From Eledone cirrhosa (Eukaryota): a stretch of 64,000 bases of DNA. Positions 53,468 to 64,000 of the stretch are shown one piece after another. The notes under the pieces were generated by a model. It saw nothing but the letters and a program-made list of their open reading frames with translations. It was not told the origin of the DNA and made no database searches. The stretch spans positions 21,390,001-21,454,000 of the forward strand of contig OZ024756.1 of NCBI GenBank assembly GCA_964016885.1, in the 5' to 3' direction. The position numbers were made by a program, and so were the translations under genes. Position 1 is the first letter of the stretch; each line of letters opens with the position of its first letter.

Positions 53468-55173
53468 ATGAGTGTGTGTGGTGTGTAGTGTGTGTGTGTA
53501 TATATATATGTATGTGTGTGTATATATAAATATGTATATATATGTGTGTATATATGTGTGTGTGTATATATATATATATGTGTGTGTGTATATATATATA
53601 TATGTGTGTGTATATATATATATATGTTTGTGTGTGTGTATATATATATGTATATATATATATATATATCGTGTGTGTATGTATTCACATTTTTCTACGA
53701 ATATGTATGTATACATACCCATACATACACCCAGTGATAACATACATATACATATTATTCTGCATCATTAGATATCAGATAATTGCATAAAATCTTTTCA
53801 TGACTTCGACCGTTCTACATCAAACGTATGTAAAACAGATCTGTTAATTATACATGCTAATACGGCAAATTTTCCTTTAAGTACATAACATATTATACGA
53901 ATCTGAGTAAAGAATTTTGTGAAATCTAGCATAAAACGAACGCTGATTTGATGTGAGATCGCGTGTGATTGTGTGAGCTTCCGTTTTGATGATGAACTCA
54001 AAAGACAATAGCTACTATTTCATGTTTAAAAACAACCGATGTTGAATGAGTTAAATATATTCAACATTTTTCTAAGCACTTCAATGATAGAAAATTCATT
54101 GAATTTCATATTCGGGCTGTAATTTTAACATAATTCTAGCAAGTATTCGTATTTCAGTTATTCCTCTATTAAATATCTGTTCATTCTAGATAATGTTTCT
54201 AAAATGGCGGTCCTTCCACCAAGCTGAAGATTTTTGTTTCGTTTCAATTATCGGTTATAGTTGCTTGTAATTAGAGGATTCCGTAGCCCAGGATTAACTA
54301 ACTGTCTGTCTAACGACGTATCTGTATGCTGCCGTATCTGCCTACTTGTCGACGTTTCTATCTGTCTATGTATCTGTTTGATGTCTATCGTACTTTACTT
54401 GTATATAAATCTATCATTAAAGTGTAATTTTTTTTATAAAGAAATCTTAACAATTATATAATATTTTACATTTAATCTGGTAGCGTCTCAAGACAGCTAG
54501 GGTTTACCCTGGGTGACTGGGCTATGTTGACAGTGTTGCACTAATTTGTGGGCTGCTGGGAATGTGTTTTCTATCGATCTGTTAATCGTTATGTGATATG
54601 AGAGTAGGAAATGCGTTGATCTTTAATACAGGAACGTATTTATTGCATGCATGGCATGTGTGGTCCCACAACTTCCGAGGGAATCGTAGGGGCGCCATAT
54701 TGACATAGTGTTTTCAGGGCATTTTTGAACCTGGCGGGGCCCATCATCTCCCTAGGTCTGAATAGAGCAGATTTCTTTCAGACAAGGGTGGAGAGTGAGA
54801 GAATGGAAGTGAGAAAGAGATATAGAAGGAGAATAGAACCCAGTACCAGATGGGACGTATTTATTATATACGCTAAATTTCATGTTAAAAACCTGTCAGG
54901 TCGCCTCAGTAATCTCCTCCTTAGACAGAGGGGTGAGTTTGAATGCCTGCATTCGGTACCGTCATATGTCTTTGTCGTACTTTGCTAGTATATGTATAAA
55001 TGTATCATTTAGAATAAAAATGTTATCCGTTATTTATATATATATCTTTCTACAGAGAGAAAGAGAGATAGAGAACTGTTGAGATTTTTATGTTAAACGA
55101 TACACACGCACACATATATACAAACAGCTATGTCTGTATATGTATATATGCATATAAACACACAAACACGTAT

Positions 55174-55215
<42 letters not shown>

Positions 55216-55312
55216 GTATATATATTTATGTATTTATGTGTATATGTATGTATATATATATGTCTGTATATGTATGTGTGTGTATTTATATAGATATGTG
55301 TGCCTGTATTTA

Positions 55313-55356
<44 letters not shown>

Positions 55357-55718
55357 CATACAAGATCTTAATATCCAACTTGTTTCTTAGCTTTTACATG
55401 AGATAATACACAAATACAGAAGTTTCAATAGAAGTATTGTTAGGTCTTCTATGCTAGAAATATGAGACAGCCAAGCTAAAATGTTTTCATGTAAGTTTAG
55501 AATTACAATCTGAAATCGAATTTAGAAGAAACATATACAGATTAATGTTGCAGATTGCTTGAAGAGTCGTTTATAATATATAAGGCTAAACAATGTAAAA
55601 TGGTAAGATGAAGGTAACTGCAAAGATTAGTAATTTTGCAAACCTAGTAATTTTTGTTGCTGTTTCCTTCGTTCTAATATGTCGGGACTTATGTGTGTGT
55701 GTGTGTGTGTGTGTGTGT

Positions 55719-57068
55719 GGTTTTTGGACACCCTGCAGGACAAAAAACAAAAGAAGACAAAGGGCGGAAGAACTCATAAGAGTCAACGGCCATCCAAAAG
55801 CGTGTAAATATGTATATACATATGTACATATGCATGTATATGTGTATATACACATGTACATATGTATGTATATATATATATGTATGTATGCGGGGACATG
55901 GAAATAATCGGGCTGGATATCCAATCGCGAGGTTAAACCTCTGGGAGTGAAGGACCCCTACCTTTTGTCAGGGCATTCTTCTAGGAGAAGGCAACTCAGG
56001 GAACTGGGATAACTCCGATATAAAACCTGCGGCTCAGTAGTTACCGATGATGTTGATCTTTTCTTCTTTTCGGGTTATAGCTACTGTCGCTCAGAGAGTG
56101 GGATTGGCTCAGTGCACAGTTTTTCCTCACTTTAAAAAATATCTTCTCACACAGGCATTGCATGATAGAATTAATTAATAATTATTAATAATGGTATATC
56201 GTACAATGGCCATACTCGATAACGAGGGTGCAGCCATCATCATCATGTATGTATGTATATCATGTCGAGTCACTCTTGGGTGCTACTTGTAACATGTAAC
56301 CCAGTACAACTTGTCGCATGGTCGGGTCGTCGGCGACTAAACCGGCAACCCCACCAAGTTTACTTGGTGAGGAGTGTGATTTTGGACACCCTACAGGGCA
56401 AAAGGCAAAGCCTGACAAATGGGGTCGGGGGAAGAACTTATAACAGTCAACGGTCATCCAAAAATGTGTAAATATGTATATATATATATATGTATGCATG
56501 TGTATATATGTGTATATACATGTATGTATGTGTATGCATATGCGCGGCGACATAGAAATAATCGGGTGGGATACCCGATCGCGCGGTTAAACCACTGGGA
56601 GTAAAGGACCCTTAGCCTTTGTAGGAAACCTGGGATAACTCCGACATAAAACCTGCGGCTCAGTAGTTACCGATGATGTTGATCTTTTCTACTTTTCGGT
56701 TATAGCTACTGTCGCCCAGAGAGTGGGATTGGCTCAGTGCACAGTCTTTCCTCACTTTAAAAAAAATCCTCACGCACAGGCATTGCACGATAGAATTAAT
56801 GAATTGTTTCTACTTTTGGCACAAGGCCAGCAATTACCCAGTGCATCACTGGTACTTTATTTTATCGACCCCCATAAGGATGAAAGGCAAAGTTAACCTC
56901 GGCGGGATTTGAACTCAGAATGGCAAGGGCCGTAACTCTATGCGTCAAAGCATGGCGTCCGACCCTCTACCGATACTGCCAATCCACTGGCCATGATAGA
57001 ATTAATTAATAATTATTAATGTTATATCGTGCAATGGCCATACTCGATAACGAGGGGACAGCCATCAT
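55719..57068 (+). mobile_element. Two tandem diverged copies of a non-coding repeat (55719-56245; 56265-57068), possibly non-autonomous and RTE-derived
   Basis: Shared blocks, an internal TA/TG microsatellite and a 3' hairpin CATTGCAYGATA/TATCGTRCAATG; CTAGGAGAAGGCAACTC resembles RTE 5' UTRs. Confidence 0.6.
56801..56994 (-). mobile_element. Young SINE family A insertion with 12-bp TSD
   Basis: GATAGAATTAAT at 56789-56800 and 56995-57006; the paralogous copy has an empty site near 56164. Confidence 0.9.
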
Positions 57069-57091
57069 GTGTGTGTTTTATTGCACCAAGT

Positions 57092-57233
57092 CTAACGAGC
57101 AGACCAATACTGGAGTCGGAGCTATATATTCCATACGTGACCTTCAGCCAATCATCCGTGAAATGCGGGTTAGAGATCGATAACCTATAACATAAATACA
57201 TATAAACGAAACTTCATAGTTATTTTTTATATA
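57092..57233 (+). mobile_element. Diverged single-arm copy of the 38087-38377 element with a decayed hammerhead
   Basis: CTAACGA-GCAGA...TCCGT-GAAA-TGCGGG; shared AGCCAATC and TAAACGAAACTTC blocks. Confidence 0.55.
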
Positions 57234-58033
57234 GATTCTGCTTTTGCCTGGATTTCTCATAGTGGTACCACAAATAATTCACTGAATCACCTATACGAGC
57301 GTGTGTGTGTGTCTTCGTGTGTGTGTGTGTGTCTTTGTTTGTGTGCGTGTGTGTGTCTTTGTTTGTGTGCGTGTGTGTGTGTCTTTGTTTGTGTGCGTGT
57401 GTGTGTCTTTGTTTGTGTGCGTGTGTGTATCTTTGTTTGTGTGCGTGTGTGTGTCTTTGTTTGTGTGCGTGTGTGTGTCTTTGTTTGTGAGTGTATCTTT
57501 GTTTGTGAGTGTATCTTTGTTTGTGAGTGTGTCTTTGTTTGTGAGTGTGTCTTTGTTTGTGAGTGTGTCTTTGTTTGTGAGTGTGTCTTTGTTTGTGTGT
57601 GTCTCTTTGTGTGTGTGTGTCTTTGTGTGTGAGTGTGTCTTTGTGTGTGTGTGAATGACTAAAACCTTTAGCCTGTTGTTCATAAGATTACAATTTTTCC
57701 AACAATTATACTCGATAAGAAGTTTTCTCATTAAACTTAGTAATAATTAATTCAGCAACAACAATTCTAGTGCTATTCACACATTCAATCGGATATCGAA
57801 CTAATTGAAATCACCTGTAAAATTAATTGATACATGTTATAAAGAATTCAAGTCTTTGGCTGTCGAAAAGAAGGAAAGAACAAAAAGAGAAAAACAGATT
57901 TTAATTCCTGGTTGAAATTGTTTAATTTACAATAATCTGTTCTTTTGGGAAATGAATGAATACCCCACTTCTCATTACTGTGCAACCTTCTTCCATTAAT
58001 GAATAAATACACCTGATATTCCCCCTCCATACA

Positions 58034-58085
<52 letters not shown>

Positions 58086-59319
58086 ATGGCTAATTTGTAT
58101 GTATTATAGATGTTCCTTCAATGAGTTGTAGTGCACCTGAGCACTGTACACAATAATTTTCATTATATTTATATCGAAGCTCAAACAACTCATTTAAGTT
58201 GAAACCGAAACAAAATGAGATAAAGAAAAAAGCTCGAAGTTACAACAAATCCAAGGGAGGCTACTCATGTGTACTTCTTTGGTCAATATATTTATTATTA
58301 TTTCATCACTCGGTGTTTTCATAATGATATATTAAAATACTTTCCGAAGTAGAGATATGTGAGAGAAGTGTGTCCAAACGGAGAGGCGATCGGATTATAT
58401 GAACGGTAGCCAGTATATCGTAAACTGTGACTGTCACACGGTATTTTTTTTACTCACAAATCGCTTTCAAGTCAGCAATATATTTTTTACATGTCAGGCA
58501 CTAGGGATTCTTAAGGTTGGTGCTCTCGGACTCTGAGTGCTGGGAGATATTAGAAGGGTACTTTAAGGCATGGCGGTGTTAGAGGTTTTTTTTTTTTTTC
58601 AGAATGATAAGGAACGGTGAGAGCGAAAAAGGGGAAAACATAGAAATTATTATTCGCGCATAAAACAATCACCTTGTATTTTTACTTTAATCGATCAACA
58701 CGATCCCAGACCTCATTCGGTGACTGTATGGGGCGGAACTGGTCAAATCGGACCAAGGTAACAATGTTTCCAATGGTTTTTCCATTGCTGCTACTATCTA
58801 TCATCTATCGGTGGTAACTTCTAGCAGAAAGAGCAACGTGAAATAAAGTGTCTTGCTCAAAGATATGACACATCGCCCAGTGCCGGAATTGAACGCACAA
58901 CCTCACGATTGCGAATCCAATTCTTTAACCACTAAGCCAGTAAACCCTTCTGGCATGTAACTACAGTGAAGGTACCTGGCTTAGGAGGTTGGCCTAGCAG
59001 GGCGGTGGTCTTCGTTTCATAACATTACGATCGTCAGCTCGATTCCAGGTGGCAATTTGTATCCTTGAGCAAGTCATTTCATTTCACGTTTCTCTAGTTC
59101 ACTCAGTAAAAATGTTACCACTACTTGAAAGGGCCAACCGTGTTACAGACTGTTGTTAAATATTCAATTAAATTAAAACCATATTTGCTATATGAAATTA
59201 TTTATATATTCTTTATTTTTTATTCGATGATGTAGTTATGTTTATTTTAGTTTACATGTCTAGATATTGGTATGTTCTAGTGGATGGCACAGAGTGCAAG
59301 TTGTCTTTTATTTGTTCAT

Positions 59320-59980
59320 ATCTTTCTCGTTCTTTCTCTCTTTCATTCTTTCTTTCTCTCGCTTTCTCGCTTTCTCGCTTTCTCTCTCTTTCTCTCGCTT
59401 TCTCTCTCTTTCTCTCGCTTTCTCGGTTTCTTTCTCGCTTTCTCGCTTTCTTTCTCGCTTTCTCGCTTTCTTTCTCGCTTTCTCTTTCTTTCTCTTTCTT
59501 TCTCTCGCTTTCTCTTTCTTTCTTTCGCTTTTTCTCTTTCTTTCTGGCTTTCTTTCACGCTTTCTTTTTTTTCTTCCTTTCCACGCTTTCTTTTTTCTCT
59601 CTTTCTCTCTCGCTTTTCTCTCGTTCTCTTACTCTTTCTCTCGTTCTCTCTTTTTCTCTTTCTCTCGCTTTCTTTCTCTCGCTTTCTTTCTCTCGCTTTC
59701 TTTCTTTCTTTCGCTTTCTTTCTTTCGCTTTCTTTCTTTCGCTTTCACTCCTTCGCTTTCACTCTTTCGCTTTCACTCTTTCGCTTTCACTCTTTCTTTT
59801 TTTCTTTCTTTCTTTCTCTTTCTTTCTTTCTCTCGCTCTTTTTCTCTCTCGCTCTTTTTCTCTCTTTCTCTCTCTCGCTCTTTCTCTCTCTCGCTCTTTC
59901 TCTCTCTCGCTCTTTCTCTCTTGTTCTTTATTTCTCTCTCTTTCTCTCCTATTATTGTTCTCTCTCTCCCTCTCTCTGCA
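59320..59980. repeat. CT-rich polypyrimidine tract (CTTTCTCG variants)
   Basis: Seen directly in the sequence. Confidence 0.9.
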
Positions 59981-60109
59981 CACACACACACACACTGCTG
60001 AGTTGATGTGATCGTTGCAATCGTCATGATCAGCAAATATCAATGCCAGCTGTGGAACTTTCACCAACACACCTATAAACACTACCACTTGCGTCATTAT
60101 CCTCCTCCT

Positions 60110-61140
60110 CATTACCAATCATCACCACCATCATCATCACCACCATCACCACCACCACCATTACCACCACCACCACCACCATTATCACTACCATTATCAC
60201 CACCACCATCACCACCACCATTATCACCACCATCATCATCACCACCATCATCATCACCACCATCATCATCACCACCATCATCACCACCACCATCACCACC
60301 ACCATCATCATCACCACCATCACCATTATCACCACCATTATCACCACCATTATCACCACCATCATCATCACCACCATCATCACCACCATTATCACCACCA
60401 TCATCATCACCACCACCACCACCACCACCACCACCACTACCACCACCACCATCATCATCACCACCACCATCACCACCACCATCATCACCACCACCATCAC
60501 CACCACCATCATCACCACCACCATCACCACCACCACCACCACCACCACCACCACCATTACCACCACCATCACCACCACCATCACCACCACCAACACCACC
60601 ACCAACACCATCATCATCACCACCACCACCACCATCACCACCACCACCACCATCACCACCACCACCACCACCATCACCACCACCATCACCACCACCAACA
60701 CCACCACCAACACCATCATCATCACCATCATCATCACCACCACCACCATCACCACCACCATCACCACCACCAACACCACCACCACCACCACCATCACCAC
60801 CACCATCACCACCACCAATACCACCACCACCACCATCACCACCACCACCACCACCACCATCACCACCACCATCACCACCACCATCACCACCACCAACACC
60901 ACCACCAACACCATCATCATCACCACCACCACCACCACCACCACCACCATCACCACCACCACCACCACCACCACCACCACCACCACCACCATCATCATCA
61001 CTACCACCATCATCACTACCACCATCATCATCACCACCACCATCATCACCACCACCATCACCACCACCACCACCACCACCATCATCACCACCACCACCAC
61101 CACCACCATCACCACCACCACCATCATCATCACTACCGTC
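60110..61140. repeat. (CCA/TCA)n trinucleotide tract
   Basis: Seen directly; source of the poly-P and poly-V ORFs. Confidence 0.95.
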
Positions 61141-61734
61141 ATCATATCGAACCCGGAAGGATGAAAGATCAAATTGAGCTCAGAACATAAACGGGTGGAA
61201 CCAGGCAGGGGACAGTTTTCTCCTGGTGTTCAAACATTTGTCAATTTATAACAGAGGATAATGTCTTATATTGGTAAAAGGAAACATATTTTGTTGGAAG
61301 TAACAGTCAATTATATCGACCCCCCCCCCCCCTCCCCCCAATGCTGGTCTGATACTTGTACCATCAACCCCAGCACGATGAAAGGGCAAAGCTGATCTCG
61401 GTGTGATTTTAAATCAGTACGTAAAACCTAGTCACTAAATAACACAAAGAAATCGATCCGTTTACGTCAATGACTGGCCATTGGAATAATAAAAAAAAAA
61501 GAAATAAAAGGCAACAAATATCGATTTCCGACATCAATACCAAGCAACAAATTAATTGGGGAAATGCATAGTCAATGAAATCGAACACTGTAGTTGATTT
61601 GTTCTTTATTTATCGATCAGGAAATCCAAAGTATTGTACTTTGCTAGTAAGGGAACTCCATATATTGCTTGAAGTTCTTGTATGGAAATACTGATTCATA
61701 TCAAATGTTCACAATGGCCTCAGTCACTACTTCT

Positions 61735-62400
61735 GGGCGTGAGGACATCGCCCGACACAAGTCCCAAGTCCCATACACAGCTTTTTCCGACGGACAATAA
61801 CCTCGGTCACTATTTCAGGCCGTTATGATATCGTCTGATACGAATCCTATACACAGTTTTCCCGGTGGGCAATAATCTTAGTCCCTGTTTGAGGGCATGA
61901 GGATATCTCCAGACACAAGTCCTATGTACACCGTTTCCCGACGGACAATGACCTCAGTCACTGATTTGGGGCGTGATGATATCACCTGATACGAATCTTG
62001 TACACAGTTTTCCCCGGTAGATAATAATCTTAGTCACTCAGGGCATGAGGATATCTCCAGACACAAGTCCTATGTACACCGTTTCCCGACGGACAATGAC
62101 CTCAGTCACTGATTTGGGGCGTGATGATATCACCTGATACGAATCTTCTACACAGTTTTCCCCGGTAGATAATAATCTTAGTCACTGCTTCAGGGCATGA
62201 GGATATCTCCAGACACAAGTCCTATGTACACCATTTCCCGACGGACAATGACCTCAGTCACTGATTTGGGGCGTGATGATATCACCTGATACGAATCTTC
62301 TACACAGTTTTCCCCGGTAGATAATAATCTTAGTCACTGCTTCAGGGCATGAGGATATCTGCAGACACAAGTCATATACACAACGTTTCCCGACGGACAA
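61735..62400. repeat. Tandem repeat of ~152 bp built from two related ~76-bp subunits, ~4.5 copies
   Basis: GGGCATGAGGATATC starts at 61893, 62041, 62193 and 62345 and alternates with the GGGCGTGATGATATC subunit. Confidence 0.9.
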
Positions 62401-62749
62401 TATCCAGTTAAGGACGGATAATCGGCCATGAGTAAATATTGTCACTGTATTGCGAGAAAAAAAAAATAGCTACTAGGTAAATCTTTTACTAAATATCCAA
62501 AGTAGAGCTCCTAATTTATTCTCGTGTTTGACACGTGACATTTCCAGCAATGTCTGCGTCTAATCTGTTGGTGACATGGGAGTTACTTATAGCCTGCGTT
62601 CCACCTATCTAGAGAGCCATGAAAAATGGCACTGAGACTAGGTTCTTCGTCTTGTAGTTGAACCATTAAACATTTCTAATTTGGTCAGTACTCTGTTATT
62701 TCTTTACACCATAGATCACCCTATACCCCTTCCTTTTCATCCCATCCTC

Positions 62750-63180
62750 ATACATGAAGGTCGGGCGTCATGGACTTATGGAGCAACACTCTCCATCTTT
62801 TCCTGTCTCTTGCCATTGCCGTACATTCCGCCAAACTCCTTCATGTCCATTGCTTAATATCATCTGTCCATTCCCTAATATCATCTGTCCATTCCCTTTT
62901 CTGCCGTACCCTGGCCCTTTTCTGCCGCCCCCATGGCCCTTTTCTGCCGCCCCTTGGCTTTTTTATTCCCTTTTTAATCCCTTTTCCCCTTTTATTCGTC
63001 CCTCAAGGATGTGGGTAGTCTAAGTTTGGGCTCCGATGACATGATTAAAATACTGAAGTTTCCTTTTCCTTAACCGACTGTCGATTGGCACCAATTTCTT
63101 CCAGTACAGATTCATTTGTTCTGTGAGCTGTCCAGCTAATTCTAAGAGTGTATGCCCTACATTCATAAATGCATTAAAAA
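62750..63180 (-). mobile_element. Old RTE-clade LINE 3' relic
   Basis: RLRKRKLQYFNHV...HILEG...WTDDIKQW...AMARDRKRWR; internal short duplications. Confidence 0.65.
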
Positions 63181-64000
63181 AACAAGCAAGACCAATAAAT
63201 AAATATATGAAAATAAATAAAGACACCACCTGATGTGTTGTCCCATTAATCTATAGTTTACTCATTGAGATTTAGAGCCAATCATTTTAAATGCAGGAAG
63301 TTAAATCTTGCAGAACGGATGCCATGGTTGAAGAATTATTAAAATTAAATTTTCATTTTGCCAGCCATGTGAAACTCCTGGTTGTCGTTGTTGCACCTTT
63401 TGTTGTTATTAAAATTGTTGTTGTCGACAACCACACACGCACGCACGCACGCACGCACGCACACAATCTGTCTGTCTGTGTATTTATGTATGCGCATATA
63501 TTTATATGTTCATTTGCATATACATACAAGCATAGAGAAATAAGTACCTCCATATATTTCTTATACACACAGGCACGTATATATATGCATCTCTATTTCT
63601 CTCTCCATGTATATATAAACACACACAGACACACAGATAGAGAGACAGGGAAATATATAAATCCAAATAAAAAATATTCATCTCCAATTCACTTTAGGTA
63701 CCTCTTCCATTATCAGAAAGAGACCATAGATTAATAAATAGCTCAATATGTCAACTAGAGGCTACAAAATCTATTCCATATAGCAATTCTACAGTAGTTG
63801 AGTGTTCCACAGACACGTGTACCAAGAACGTAACTCTCAAGGAAATACCGCGTTCGATTAGGCTTGCCTCCTTTCAAATAGACGTATATCTAATTTTTGC
63901 CAGCGGTTTGTAAATAAGCAACGTTAAATGTAATACAATGTCTTGTTCAAGGGCACAACACACTGCCGAGAATCGAGCTCACGACCTTAAGATTTTCAAG

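Noticed and set aside
60008-61177. 389-aa proline-rich (extensin/formin-like) ORF
   Set aside because: It is a pure (CCA/TCA)n microsatellite, open on both strands, with no codon diversity, and it ends in a SINE fragment.

Overview
This window is AT-rich, repeat-saturated metazoan DNA with no recognisable host protein-coding exon. It is probably a coleoid cephalopod such as an octopod, inferred from the SINE types and the extreme (TA)/(CA)/(TATG) microsatellite load. Nearly all long ORFs in the track are low-complexity artefacts. The only real coding remnants are truncated non-LTR retrotransposons: a CR1-like RT fragment, several RTE-like, two Vingi/Ingi-like, one L1/Tx1-like and one CRE-like. 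There are also many tRNA-derived SINEs, two Tc2/pogo-like MITEs, a 3.9-kb satellite with a 71-bp unit and a ~152-bp dimeric tandem repeat. The main signal is a dense, diverse set of short non-coding elements sitting in or against (TA)n tracts. About 15 loci carry minimal type-I hammerhead-ribozyme motifs (stem I-CUGANGA-stem II-GAAA-palindromic mini stem III-UH-stem I'), some intact and some decayed. Seven of them form long, mutually unrelated palindromes (140-440 bp) whose arms read outward into (TA)n, with one arm carrying an extra 3' tail. This fits the pseudo-LTR ends of Penelope-like elements or non-autonomous ribozyme retroelements, but no PLE RT or GIY-YIG ORF is visible here. All structures were read by eye; no folding or database search was run.
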